Assembly: GCA_032718475.1 (NCBI GenBank)
Contig: JAUCBJ010004784.1
Location: 1-48,971 of the forward strand
Direction: 5' to 3'
Origin: Nemertoderma westbladi
Lineage: Eukaryota; Animalia; Xenacoelomorpha
DNA length: 48,971 nt
A program made the position numbers and the translations under genes. Positions within the stretch are counted from its first letter, which is position 1. Each line of letters opens with the position of its first letter. Shown in pieces: positions 1 through 12,955 of this stretch. Under the pieces are notes generated by a model that made no database searches, had not been told where the DNA came from, and worked only from the letters and a program-made list of their open reading frames with translations.

Positions 1-113
1 TTGATCCACAGTTTACACATACACGTATCACCACGAGTGTATTGATCCAAAGTTTGCACATACACGTATCACCACGAGTGCATTGATCCACAGTTTGCAC
101 ATACACGTATCAC
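1..113. repeat. 41-bp minisatellite (end of array) in the intron of glycosyltransferase paralog A
   Basis: Unit TTGATCCACAGTTTRCACATACACGTATCACCACGAGTGYA starts at 1, 42 and 83; same unit as 28758-29572. Confidence 0.95.
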
Positions 114-406
114 CACTACCATTTTACACATTTGTAGACGGTTTAGACATTGTCCCGGGCGATCATTAGAGACGCGATGCCACTAGGCCTATCACTATGG
201 AAAGTGCTACAAAGAAATTTGATATAAAATTGAAACAATTGCCAACGAATTGTTCGTAACGTACGTTGTGCAGGCTGAAATGCCTGCACAAAGGCTTTAA
301 AAATAATTCATGAAGATTTGTTTTCGTTATATAGATATGTATATAGCCAACTAAACATCATGCACATAATTATAAGACAGTCGCCACTAAGTATACTGCT
401 AAATAC

Positions 407-1015
407 CTTGTGTTTGATCTCATCCCAATTATCACCTTCCGGTTCACGGTTTGTGTGCAGCCATATTCTCTCCATACCGGCGTTCTTATGAGCCGAGAGG
501 ATGGCGAGAAGATGGTCGAACCGAATATCGTAGGGTTTATCTGTGTCGACAACGAACCAAATAAAATGAATAACAGATGGGACGACGAGTTCCTTTTCCG
601 GACCCAACGTTGTCACCAAGTCTGTTGGACCCGGTTTGCTTACTGGCATTCTCGTATCTATTATATCTGTGGAATAAATGGATCCTGGGAATGTCCTATA
701 AACAGTAGATTCTTTTACAGTAACTGTTGACGTCTTTGATACATTTATCGTTGACACTTCCATTAGATCTGCCCTTGTGTCATCAGTAAGATCTAAAACA
801 AGCCTTTCGGTGTATCTCGTGTTCATTTTTCTTTGATGTTCAGTCCGTTCTCCAATTTTGTCCATTTTTGGTGTGTATTCGATAATTCGAAATTTTGCCA
901 TATTAATGGATTGTATATTGGTTCCCAGAACATTGTCAATTTCAACTCTGAAGACACCAATTAATAAACATAAGCACGCTAGTATTGGAAACCAAACAAA
1001 TCTCCGAGATATCAT
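407..1015 (-). CDS. Exon 1 of GT32-family alpha-1,4-glycosyltransferase, paralog A; exon 2 expected left of the window
   Basis: ATG at 1015 (alternative at 1027). TM anchor FVWFPILACLCLLIGVF, Ser/Thr-rich stem, VPSVIHFIWF motif. Phase-0 donor AAG|GT after EIKHK (GT at 406-405). Nearly identical to 29866-30486. Confidence 0.85.
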
Positions 1016-1389
1016 TGTTAATGACATAAGTTGCAATTATTTATCTCAACCGGAGACAGAGAAGTAATGCTATACGTATGGTACACAGTTAGGGCGTATT
1101 CATACCACCAAGCCTTCCCCAAAAACAATCACGGAAGAAGTGTTTGACATGAGCGGCACCACATTCAAAACAAAGAGAAACCTAATACTGAACTACTACA
1201 GCATTCCAGTACCTGACTAGATGAGACACACATTGCTCGTTCTCTTAGAGCCTTGCCATCCGTGACGTTGACATTGTTTACATAATTTAATTGTAATTGT
1301 GGATACCATGAATTGCATGCAATTCCTATGATTATCAATTGTGATTAATTCAACTTATTTGTGTTCATTTCTTGTGGGACTCTTGTCGT

Positions 1390-2870
1390 CTATGATAGGG
1401 TAAATGAGATCCAAACACTACCTATTTTGAAGACCTCAGGGGGGACACCATCTACTCCACTGGCACGATTTTTATGCAGTTGCAGCCAATGGGAGTATCT
1501 GGGAGTACAGACTTTGGATGATTGCCTGCTGTCATCGGCTTTATTGGATGTAGGACAATTCGGTCCCGGACAATTCGGTCCGGACAATTCGGTCCCGGAC
1601 AATTCGGTCCAAAACACTAAATAAATGGGACCGAATTGTCCGGGACCGAATTGTCCGGGACCGAATTGTCCTAGGACCGAATTGTCCGGGACCGAATTGT
1701 CCGAGACCGAATTGTCCGGGACCGAATTGTCCGGTTCCTGATAGCAACATTTTAGTGCTTTTTTGATATTGGTGAATGTTCTAGAACATTAGTAGAGATA
1801 TTTGTTATGGTAGCTAGTGTTATTTACTTGCTAGAATTTTTTGAAATTTTAAAAATACTGCATTTTTTTTATTTTTGTTATTGGTAAGTGTTCGAGAACA
1901 TTATTATATATTATTTATTAAGGTGTAGCTAGTGTTTTTTTTTACTAGCTAGCATTTCCTTGAAATTATAAAAACACTTGTGAAAACATTGATATTTCAG
2001 AGTTAGGCCTAAACTGTTGCTGATTATATTAATTACCAACAATATTGATGATATTATAACAGTCCCTGAATGAGATCCTGCTTATCTAGGATAATAATTT
2101 AGGCTTGTTAACCAACCAACAACACATACAGTATACTTACGCAATATATAAAAAAATCAGTTTTAAACATTTTAAATACATACTATTACTAGCTAGTAAA
2201 TAATTCACAAGCTCCATAAAAACACCATAGCTACCATAACTAATAATGTTAACAAAAAAAGTAAATTTTTTTATTAAAAAAAAAAAAACACTAGCTACCA
2301 TATAATAATATATGTTAAGGTTCTAGAACATTCACCATTATATAGTACCAATTAAATTTGGTCCCGGACAATTCGGTCCTGGACAATTCGGTCCCGGACA
2401 ATTCGGTCCCAGACAATTCGGTCCCGGACAATTCGGTCCCGGACAATTCGGTCCCGGACAATTCGGCCCCGGACAATTCGGTCCCGGACAATTCGGTCCC
2501 GGACAATTCGGTCTCATTAATATGCATGTTTTGGGACCGAATTGTCCTAGTCAGTATCCGGACAATTCGGTCCCAAAACACAAACTTAATGGGACCGAAT
2601 TGTCCGGGACCGAATTGTCCGGGACCGAAATGTCCGGACCGAATTGTCCGGGACCGAATTGTCCTGCTTCCGGCTTTATTGATGACATCAACCGGCTGTT
2701 GGATAAGTTTCTGTAGATTATCTGAGTACTGCCTGTTAAGAGACCTAGATACATACAGTATTTAACTGCATTCATGGACGATGTAGTACCTTTGAGTTGG
2801 GATTCTCTCTTGTTAGGGACTTTCATCAAGTAGTGGTGAGAATGTCGAAATCCCAAATTTGATTCCCGTG
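1390..2870 (-). mobile_element. Degenerate RTE-like LINE fragment interrupted by the element at 1546-2671
   Basis: Minus-strand peptide KNRASGVDGVPPEVFK is a LINE pre-RT motif. Removing the insert plus one TSD restores SSIKADDSRQ. Homologous to 5150-5310 in opposite orientation. Outer limits approximate. Confidence 0.65.
1546..2671. mobile_element. Non-autonomous Mutator/Foldback-like element with modular 15-bp subterminal repeats
   Basis: 9-bp direct repeat GGCTTTATT at 1537-1545 and 2672-2680. Termini GGATGTAGGACAATT and AATTGTCCTGCTTCC are inverted repeats. GGACAATTCGGTCCC arrays in both orientations at each end; AT-rich core. Confidence 0.85.
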
Positions 2871-3016
2871 TGTGTATCTCTAGTTAAATATCCTCCAATA
2901 AAACTCCACAATCCCCTACCATACTCCCTTCTCATATCACTCTGGGTTATAGAAAGAAAGGTATATTTGATGAAGGAACTACACTCTAGGAATGAAGTTC
3001 CCCATCCAATATCGAC

Positions 3017-5076
3017 TTGTTAAATACACCAATCAAAACCTCAAACCGCTTTGAAGCACTTCAGTCAATGGATGAAGACCAGTCCATCGATTCAATATAC
3101 CAGAATATAATAACAGCCCACAAGGAATCAGCTAAGAGGCATATCCCCCAGAAACCCAAACGAAAACAGTATGTGCTATGGCAAAACTCTGAGGTTACTT
3201 GTAAGAGCGAAGATCTTAAGATAGCCTACAAAGTTAAAACCGAACAACCAACAACAGAAAACATTAACAAGGTTGAGAAAGCTAAGGACGATCTTAAATT
3301 GGCCTACAACATCAGCCAGGAAAAGTACATACAGGATATAATTGAAGCAATTACAATTGCTCACATACAGCAACAATCAAGACTTACCTGGCAAACTGTA
3401 AATGAGGTATCTTGTTGGAAAAGTTGTGCAAAGAGACGCCTCAAAGCCGATAGTCCAGAAGAATGTGTTGGGAAGTGGAAAAATCACTTCAGCAACTTGC
3501 TTGGGCAGCCACCAAACACCGAGCTCAGCCCTACAAGGAAAATATATGAATAGAAATAGATATAGAAATAGGGGACTTCACACCTGCCGAACTACAAAGA
3601 AGCATTAAAAGCATGTCCAATAATAAAGCGAGTGGATTAGATTAAATCCCAGCGGAGGTATGGAAAACCGGAGTGCTAAACAGACCATATTGAATGTTTG
3701 CAACCGGATGTTAAAAGGGGAAAAGCCACCACCAATTTGGACTAAAGGTCAACTAAAGCCTCTCCCCAAGAAAGGAGACCTCGGCATACCAACAAAACTA
3801 TCGTGGGATCTGTCTGCTTGTGGTAGCTGCAAAAATATACAATAAAATGATTCTATATAGGATTAGGCCTCACATAGAGAAACTACTGCGTAAGAGCTAA
3901 AACGGATTTCGACCAAGTAGATCAACAATATCTCAGATACTTGCACTACGGAGACTGATTGAAGGAATTAAGTCAAAGAATCTCCCCGCAGTCATGACTT
4001 TTGTGGACTTCAAAAAGGCATTCGACTCCATCCATAGAGGTAAAATGCTTGAAATCCTAAGAGCTTATGGAATACCAGAAGTAATTGTTGCTGGCATTTG
4101 ATTGTTATATTGTGACACAGAAGCGCAGGTACTCTCACCAGATGGTGAAACTGAGTTTTTCTCATTCCTGGCTGGCGTACTGCAAGGTGACACATTAGCA
4201 CCATTACTATTTGTAATTGTGCTGGATTACGCAATGATGACAGCCACAAAGGGTGAAGGCCTGGGATTCACACTTCAAGAACGCAGAAGTAGTAGATATC
4301 CGGCAACTACAGTCACAGACACCGACGTCGCGGATGACATCGCCCTGCTCCCTAATACGCTAGCAGATGCACAGCTTCTACTGAATAAAGTGGAGAGGGC
4401 TGCTAAGGAGGTTGGATTGCATATAAATGCTACCAAGACCGAATTCATGACTTTTAATGTTGATGGAAACTTGACAACCATTGATAATAATCAACTAAGG
4501 AAGGTCGACGACTTCCTGTACCTTGGATCATGGATAGAGAGTAGCAAAAAGGACATAGAAGTTAGGAAAGCAAAGGCTTGGGTAGCTCTATCAAAAATGG
4601 ATACCATCTGGAAATCAGATCTCTCCAGGCACCTGAAGACTAAGTTCTTTCGAGCCACAGTGGAAAGTGTATTTTTATACGGGGGTGAGACCTGGACACT
4701 GACTAAATCACTTGAACAACGAATTGATGGTTGCTACACAAGCCTACTAAGGGCAGCCCTAAACATCAGCTGGAGACAACACATGACAAACGCCGAGCTT
4801 TATGGTACAATAACAATACCACCTGTATCAACCACCCTCCGTGAACGCAGATTAAGATTCAGTGGGCACTGCTGGCGAAGTAAAGACGAGGTCATACCAG
4901 TTCTACTTTTCTGGCAACCAACTCATGGAAAGCGTATTCGTGGACGACCGGCCATAACATATATAGATCAACTTGAAAGGGATACTGAACTTGGGAGAAA
5001 CGAAATTGCGACAACTATGGAGAATCGGGAAACGTGAAAGGATCTCATTTCCACTGTCCGAGTTCGCCTGACCTAG
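3017..5076 (+). pseudogene. Disrupted reverse transcriptase ORF of the RTE element
   Basis: ORF pieces 3017-3553 and 4102-5037 are joined by frameshifted, stop-containing segments, e.g. TAA at 3898-3900 where the copy near 46429 has CAA. No endonuclease domain visible. Confidence 0.88.
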
Positions 5077-5091
5077 TAGTAGTAGTAGTAG
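3017..5091 (+). mobile_element. 5'-truncated RTE-clade non-LTR retrotransposon with (TAG)n tail
   Basis: NRFEAL, PLPKKGDL, NGFR, FVDFKKAFDS, GVLQGDTLAPLLF, VADDIALL, FLYLGS, RLRFSGH and RGRP motifs in order; (TAG)6 at 5074-5091. Confidence 0.92.
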
Positions 5092-5310
5092 CTCCTCAAT
5101 AATGACAGGGTATTGCCTGATAACTTTATAGAAGTAAAAGTGTCTGAGTTTGTACTCCCAGATATTCCCGTGGAGATATCTCCTTTGCAGAAGTGAAGGC
5201 TGCTGTAAAGAGCATTAAGACCAATCGCGCCAGTGGAGTAGATGGTGTTCCCCCTGAGGTCTTTAAAATACCTGAGTGTTCAAAGCTCATATATCCCATC
5301 ATAGTAGACT
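5092..5310 (+). mobile_element. Short fragment of a second LINE (RTE-like) family
   Basis: Encodes GDISFAEVKAAVKSIKTNRASGVDGVPPEVFK; matches the reverse complement of about 1395-1515. Confidence 0.7.
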
Positions 5311-5320
5311 ACAGTCTATA

Positions 5321-7837
5321 AGATCATATTGGTTTTTGTGACTTAGAACCCCACCATATAGTGACAGAGGGACAACCAATCAAGCAGAGACCTTACAGGG
5401 CGCCGTATGGACAAAGGGAATATCTTAAGAATACAATTCAGGAAATGGAAGATAATGGAATTATAGAGGAAAGCTATAGTCCTTGGAGCAGTCCAGTAGT
5501 GTTAGTGAAGAAACCCAATGGCAAGTTACGTTTTTGCGTAGATTACAGAAAAGTAAATGCTATAACTAAAATACCACAACATCCCTTACCTAAGATAGAT
5601 GAGGTTTTAGACCAGTTGGGTGGAAATGGTTGGTTTACTACTTTAGACCTGACAAGTGGTTATTGGAATATGCCGGTTGCACAAGAAGACGTTGAAAAAA
5701 CGGCATTTGTCACGCAAGGAGGCCATTGGCAGTTTATAAGAATGCCCTTTGGGTTAGCAGGTGCTGCCCCTTCATTTCAAAAAATGATGTCAAGAGTACT
5801 TAAGAGATTGGAAGGAAAGATATGTTTAGTTTACCTAGATGACGTCATTATATACTCTCCCACATTCGAAAGACATCTACAAGATGTATCTGAGGTATTA
5901 GCTACTATTGCTGCAGCTGGGCTTAAGTTACGCATTACGAAGTGCCAATTTGCGAGCCAGAAGGTAGAATACTTAGGACACGAATTGAGCACACTGGGAA
6001 TAACGCCCTCAAGTAAAAACAAACAAGCTGTCAGGGAATTTACAAATTTTAAAATGGCTAATACTAAATAAAGAGAGTTCAGGAAGGCTAATTCGTTGGA
6101 GTCTAGCTCTGCAAGAATATCGCTTTACAGTAGAACACCGACCGGGCCGTTTACATGCGAACGTAGATGCCCTTAGTAGGAATCCTGTTGGTAAGGAAGA
6201 GAGCAATGATGAGTCAGATATACCGGGACCTATTATACAAGAATTTCAAAGGGACAAAGTAAAAATTAAGGGAGCGGGGAACTCCACAGAAAGTCAAGAA
6301 AAGAGAAAGTATGCAGAAAAAGTGGACACAGATAAACATCCAGAAATAGTAGGAGTAACACAAGTATTAGGTAATCACGACGACTTAGTATCCAAAGAAA
6401 CCTGGCTAAAAGATTTAAATAGTGACCCAACATTAGAACAATTAATAAGAATAAAAAATAACCAACAAGGTCCTCCGATCGGAGAAGTAGAGATAAAACA
6501 AATAAATCGTTTAGCCCCACTAGTCGAAATAGATGATAAGACGGGTTGGTTGTATTTTAAGGGCCCCCGTAAACAAGAGCATTTGTTGGTTATTCCAACC
6601 ACAGCCAGATCAATGATATTAAAACAATTCCATAGCTCCTCGTTTGGAGGCCACTTTGCCTTTAAAAGAACTTACCATAAAATTAGAGAACGTTACTGGT
6701 GGCCAGAAATGCGTAAAAATATTAAATCGTATTGTGGCTCTTGTTTACCTTGTCAATTAGCCAAGCGCCCCAGAACCAAATATGTTACACCATTACATCC
6801 TATACCAGCAGTCATAAAACCATTTGATAGATGTCAAATGGATTTATTCGGACCATTTCATGAGTCCATTAGCGGTAACAAGTACATAATGTTGTTTACT
6901 GACAGTTTAACTCGTTGGCCTGAGGCAAGAGCCATTTCAAATAAGTCAGCTCAGACTATTGCAGAAGCTTTTATAAGCGAAGTTGTATCTAGACATGGTG
7001 CCCCGATAATTTTGTTATCAGACCAGGATAGCAATTTTATGTCATCATTATTCGAGTATGTTACTACTTTGTTAGGTACGAAACATAGTAAAGCAGTGAT
7101 ATATCACCCACAAACTATGGGTCTCGTAGAACGTTTAAATCAAACATTAGTAACAATGCTCAGCATTTTTGTTGATGAACAACAAAATGAATGGGATAAA
7201 TTTCTACCAGCTGTGCTATTAGCATACCGTACCACACAGCAAGAATCCCTGAAAGCAACTCCCTTTCAGTTGACATACGGACGTACAGCGGTTATGCTTA
7301 CAGATGCTATGCTACTGGCGGCTCGAAATAATATCTCACTTAATAACTATTCTAGAAACCTGGCAGAAGTATTAAGAGTCAATCGAAAAAGGGCCGTCGA
7401 CAATTTAACTATCAGTAAAGAGAGACAAGCAAGGTCGTATAACCAGCAGAACAAAACAACATCGCCAGAATACGGAGTTGGAGATTACGTCCTTATAGAA
7501 AGAAAAAAAATATCCTGCCGGATTATCACGCAAATTGTGTACGAAATATAGCAAACCATATAGAGTAATAGCCAAACTGGTAGATAATTTAGAACTCCAC
7601 AGCGCAGGTCACAGAGGAAATACGAAGATAGTTCATTCTAATATGGTGAAGTTAGCGAAGTTCAGTAAAAGCCAAGGCCTATTTAATTATTCGTCAGAGT
7701 CAAGTGATCTTCCCGAAACATCGGAATCCATAGATATATGTAGTACGGAGGAGGATAGCCACTCAGGAAGACAGGATCACCTCTATGCAAGAAAAAAAGG
7801 TCATGGGCAGGATCACAACTATGCAAAGAAAAAGTAA
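5321..7837 (+). pseudogene. pol: Gypsy pol: RT, RNase H mostly deleted, integrase
   Basis: SPWSSPVVLV, RFCVDYR, LDLTSGY, MPFGL, YLDD. Frame change near 6045 to RLIRWSLALQEY...NVDALSR. Integrase HHCC (HSSSFGGH, CLPC) and D-D-E (MDLFGP, SDQ, VERLN). Frameshift near the A-run at 7503-7510. Confidence 0.9.
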
Positions 7838-8348
7838 AACAAATAATTTAGTAAACTAAATAAGTAAAAACAGAGAAATAATAACAGGAAATACAATATT
7901 GTTTTGTATATAGAAACGTAAATAAAAAAAAAGATATTAATTAAAGAATGTAGTAGTAATTTAGAAATAAAGTTAGATTAATTTAGATATGCTCAGGTGA
8001 AATGCTCAAAGCTCGGTGTACTTTTAATTAATACTCTGTTGTAGTTAGAAAGTTTAGTGAAGTTTATAAATTACATTATAATAACTTGTTATATGATGTG
8101 CGGTAAATGCATGAACTGATTGCTTTTATAGCTTGATCTTAAAACTTATCTGTGTGTAACATTCGTATATTTCCTATATACAGTAGAACAATGATGGTGA
8201 ATGATGTAATAATTACCGATTAATGTTTTAGGGTTTAGTAGTATATTTTATTTTTGTGCATCTATTCGCCCTGCATCGTTATAGGGAAGAGAGTGAAAAC
8301 AAGGTTTTCCTTTTAAAACTCGAGTCGAGTTTTCGTTAAGGGAGGGGG

Positions 8349-10646
8349 TGCCAAGAAATATATGAAATAAATTCAAAAGAATATAAAAGGTCAGTTACCT
8401 AGAAAAATACAATCATGCTTTCTTCACACAAAAATGTCAATTCAGTTCCCACTGATGCGAAAATAGACCACCAAGGGATAAGACACTCCGAGCTATAACT
8501 ATACTGGAACCCCAAGAGAGTTTTTTACGACTAAAATCAATAAATAACATACAATCATACGGTAGGTAGACTTTACTTTAAGCGGCTTATTGAATAACCC
8601 CCACCAATAGTTAAAGATGCCATGACAAATTATTTTCGCTTCATGGCGTTTGAATTAATTTCTAGGAGATATTTAAGACAACATTTAGCCATTCAACCTT
8701 AACCCTATTAATACCGGGCTATAAAATGTTGTACAAATACCGGGGGGGGGGGGGTCATATTGACCCCCCCCCCCCTCTAAAATCTACAAATATTTACGAA
8801 AACGTCTGATTTTTTTTATTGTACGTAGGTATCACTTCTCTGGATCGGACCGAAAAAAAAAATTTTCGAAAAAATGTACTGGGGTGGTTATATTGCAACA
8901 CCAAAATTACAAGTAGTGCACAATTTTCACAAAATTTGAAAGTTACATTTTCGGCTAATTATTTTTCAATACAGGTTTTCTGGGGTGCAAAATACATTGG
9001 AAAATATTTAAAAATGATATGATTACTATAAATGGTTGTTTAGTCCTCTCTGCGTAGGAAAAAAATGAAAAAAACAAGTAACCAGCACTTTTCAGTTAGA
9101 ACACAAAATTGTTAATTCACTTATACGATGCTATAAATTCACATTTTCAGGTTTTCGAGGGCGCTGATTCTAATGGAATACTTTTCTAATATGCCAGATC
9201 ATTGCTACTTGTATTTTTCGGCGTAATTTGGCAAATTTTGGTGCTAGCACCAAATTTCGTACCCATCACCAAAAAGTGCAATGTCCAGTGCTGTTTTTAT
9301 TGATTCCATCGGATTCAGGACCCTCATAAACCCGTATAACGCAAGAAACAAGGTGATACTATCTACTTATCAATTTGCATATTTTCCAAAATTTGGTGCT
9401 GGCACAACAATTTTCACCCACCGGCGAAAAATACAAGTTTGAGAACTCTTATGAAATTTTTACTGATTCCATTGAATTCAGAACCATCACAAACCCGTAT
9501 AACGCAAGAAACAAGGTGACACAATCAATTGATATATTTGATGGTTTTCAAAATTTGGTGCTAGCACCACATTTTGCACCCACATCCGAAAAATACAAGT
9601 TTGAGATGTCTAGTTAGATAATTATATTTTCCATTGAATTCAGAACAGCCATAAACCTCTAAAACGCAAGAAATAAATTGTCACAAGCAATTTTATCTAT
9701 TGAATGGATTTTCAAAATTTCGTGCTAGCACCAAAATTTGCACACAGCACCGAAAAATACAAGTTTGATACGCTTGGTGCAACTCGTATATATTTCGTCG
9801 AATCCAGAACCCCAAAAAACCCCAATTGCGTAAAAAACAACTTTCAAACAATCAATTTACCAAATTGACTTACTTCAAAATTTGGTGCTGGCACCAAAAT
9901 TTGGCACCCACCGAAAAAAACAAGTTTGAAATTTCTAAATCAATTTATATGAATTCCATCCAATTTCTAACACCAAAAAACCGGTGTAAATCAAAAATAG
10001 AGATGTTACAATTCATATTTAATGTAATGTAATTTTCAAAAAACGTCTCAAAAAAAGTGCCAAAAGTAGGGTTAAAAAATGGTGCTATAACTCGAAAAGT
10101 ACGCAATATTTTTGAAAACGGTTTTCACTACTAGGAAAACAATAGATTTTTAGGAAAAGTCATAAAATTTCAGATTCCCAACTGCGTTTGTTTCAGAATT
10201 ATAATAAAAAAACCACGGGGGGGGGGGGTCATATTGACCCCCCCCCCCCCCCGGGTTTAATAGGGTTAACAAGTTACCTAACTCTAAGATAGGCAAACTG
10301 ATTTTTTTGTATAAAAGGAAAACTTTGGATAGAGAGGGGAGGGTTTTTATGATTAAGAGTTTTAGTTCATGGTCCTATTATTTTAGTCCAGGCCGGGGGT
10401 CTGGACTAGTGTATAGTTTGCATGTACTGTATATATATTTTGAGAGGATCCAATTGATAATATTAAACTGAAGTAAATGATCGGCGTTATATTAAACTTT
10501 ATTGTGTTTTTATTTGCAACATCATTAATTCTCTCAGGAGGGAATACTCTCACTGAGGGCGAACTAGCGGTCGGCTCAACCCAAATTACCACTACACACC
10601 CACAGCTCAGCGGGACCACGATAATAAACTTACTGAGCTCGTGACA
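8349..10646 (+). repeat. Gypsy 3' LTR (about 730 bp native) split by a piggyBac-like insertion
   Basis: Starts TGCCAAGA after the PPT and ends TCGTGACA (imperfect inverted repeat); AATAAA at 10623. The 3' end is inferred because no second LTR is available. Confidence 0.65.
8703..10265. mobile_element. Non-autonomous piggyBac-like element
   Basis: TTAA at 8699-8702 and 10266-10269; TIRs CCCTATTAATACCGGG / CCCGGGTTTAATAGGG; G-run-TCATATTGA-C-run palindrome near both ends; five internal repeats of about 160 bp; no transposase. Confidence 0.88.
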
Positions 10647-10824
10647 ATTGACATTGAGTATAGTACCGGTACAGGCAGACAGGCCACAATGGTATTACTG
10701 CAGTACTGTAATTTCGTAATTTGCTAGAAACCCAGCTGATTTAGTCTCCTAGCAACCTGCTGATGTCAAGCGTTATAATTTTGGATAAATAAATTTATTA
10801 TAACTGTAAGACAGTTACACTGGT

Positions 10825-12021
10825 TGTAAAAGCTTTTGCGTAATTAGCCGGTTATTTTCCCTTAAAGTACTCTGTAGTTGGTTTGCCAGGCATAAAAAGG
10901 CCGTGTCCTTGCTGTACTGGTGTTTTAGAGGACATAAAAGTCATTTCTTATGTATTTGTACTGTATTTGTACTTTAAAGGACATAATCCGTAATTTCGTG
11001 ACGCAATAGCTGGATACTCTTGAAAACAGTGGCGCTACCATGACGACGGCTAGCAGCTGATATTGCCACGTCGACAGTTCTTTGTTTCTTTGTTCTCTCG
11101 TTGTTCGGTTGACCAATCAGAGCGTTTTTATGGCTCTTGTACAGAAATTTCCTAGAAATCACGTAATGCTTTATGGGCAGTGTTATCATTCTGTCCTGAG
11201 CCAGGAAGAGCGGCTTTGGAATATTTTGTGCTTTTCTGCTTTAGCCTAACACTAGTAAGCTTAATTATAAGGACATATATCCGTTATCTGGGTAACTCAA
11301 TGCACTGCACTGGTTAACACTGGTTAACTGGCCCATACTGTGCAACTTAACTTAACATTACTGCTTTGCTGTCGGTTATTCATTATATTTGTTGATGAAT
11401 TATTATATGTGGAATAACGAGAAATAACCCCGAAACCCAATATTCTTGATATACCGAAGGTAAGAGAGAAAGGTTACATATAACGATTGCGACTTATGTT
11501 AAAGTGGTTTGAAGTGAATCTAATGTTATTTGATAGACCCTACATGATTCGGTCCGTGTTCCTTTTATATGTGACTAAAATCAGTGAAGATCGGCAGATC
11601 GGTGTGCAGTATTGTGCAGCATTGTGTATGAGTGAGACTGATAACGAAGCATTTCCTAAAGAATGCGCCATATATGTGAATTGTAACTAAGCCATATCGT
11701 TGTGAGTAGTTTAAGTCATAACTCTGTTTATATAGATAGAGCGCCACGTCCTAAAGGAACTGTTAATATTCCCCGAAGGTGAATAATATTGTCAGAGATT
11801 ATATAATACTGTCAGTCGAATAATACATTAGGCTTACATAGCAATACGATTAAGCCGTCGAAGTCAATCTCCCGGGTATATCCAACGGGTGAATGATCGC
11901 GCACAGATTGGTTTCAACTAGTGTAGTGAATCAAATACTTGTTAGAGGCTAAAGCGATTTATTATCTAGAAGACATCCTAATTTGGCGGGTTAAACTGCC
12001 AAAGGTCTGAAAGCGCGAACA
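10825..12021 (+). repeat. 5' LTR of BEL/Pao element
   Basis: TGTAAAAGC...GCGAACA; direct repeat of 21789-22985 with only three substitutions noticed. Confidence 0.95.
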
Positions 12022-12391
12022 ATAATGGATATCGCTTCTTTATTGCAGTAAGCAATAAAGTTGAAAGTACCGGTCAACCGGTAAACCTGAACGGTACATC
12101 TGTAGGTCAGTAGGCCCAACTGCCAGAACCGGTACTGCCGTAGGTCCGTAGGTCCAACTGCCAGAACCGGTACTTCTGTAGGTCCGTAGGCCCAACTGTC
12201 CTAACCGGTACTTCCAGTATAAGTACATTAGTATTATTCGAATTTGATAATTATATACCGGTAGGTCTTAGTACTTAATCAGGGAACGGCCGCCCTGGTT
12301 TTTATTGAGATTTTACATATTTCTGTCAAGTTTTATTTGTTTGTAGGCCAGTATTGAACAGAAGGCGTGTAAGCCTGATCATATTGTACAG

Positions 12392-12955
12392 ACAATTTGT
12401 AGGCTGAGCTGTTGTCTGGCTGTTATTAGGTCTGAACGGATTGCAGTGTGTGTAGAGCCTCTGTCCGATAAAGAACGGTTAGGAAGTAGGGGCAGCCATT
12501 GCTGTAAGGTAAAACCCCATCTAAAGAATAAGTCGTACTACTGGGTTAGAACGCATACTACTTAACCATTTTGGAGTCTGCATGTCCTGTGGTTTATTTA
12601 GGCCTGATAGGAGTCCGCCAGCGTTTGGTCTGTACTTTGTTTGTGTAGTCTGTACGGGTAGCGTATAATTTTATTTAGATAATTTGTAGGCTGGATAGTT
12701 GTCTGGCTGTTGTTGGGTTTGAGGAAATTTCGGTGTGTGTAAAGCATCTGTCCAATAAAGAACGGTTAGGAAGTAGGGGCAGCCATCGCTGTAAGGTAAA
12801 CCCCCATCTAAAGAATAAGTCGTACTACTGGGTTAGAACGCATACTACTTAATCATTTCGGAGTCTGCATATACCGTAGTTTGTTTAGGCTTGATAGTAG
12901 TCTGTCAGTATTTGGTTTGCATTTTGTTTGAGTAGTTTGTACGCGTAGCGTAATA
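12392..12955 (+). repeat. Diverged tandem duplication of about 287 bp in the BEL 5' untranslated region
   Basis: AATTTGTAGGCTG...ATAAAGAACGGTTAGGAAGTAGGGGCAGCCAT...CCCCATCTAAAGAATAAGTCGTACTACTGGGTTAGAACGCATACTACTTAA occurs twice. Confidence 0.85.

Larger units (their letters stand above)
5321..10646 (+). mobile_element. 5'-truncated Ty3/Gypsy LTR retrotransposon (pol remnant, 3' UTR, PPT, 3' LTR)
   Basis: RT-RNaseH-integrase order; polypurine tract AAGGGAGGGGG at 8338-8348 directly before TG; no gag or 5' LTR in view. Confidence 0.88.

Noticed and set aside
308-406. C-terminal hydrophobic tail of ORF 308-1036 (and 29827-29865 in the paralog)
   Set aside because: Read-through into the intron past the GT donor; the two paralogs differ in frame here.
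1361-2856. Short ORFs with PDNSV, GTELS or GQFGP repeats
   Set aside because: Translations of the 15-bp transposon subterminal repeat.
10925-11747. Small ORFs duplicated at 21889-22711
   Set aside because: They lie in the two LTRs; duplication reflects LTR identity and they show no protein motifs.
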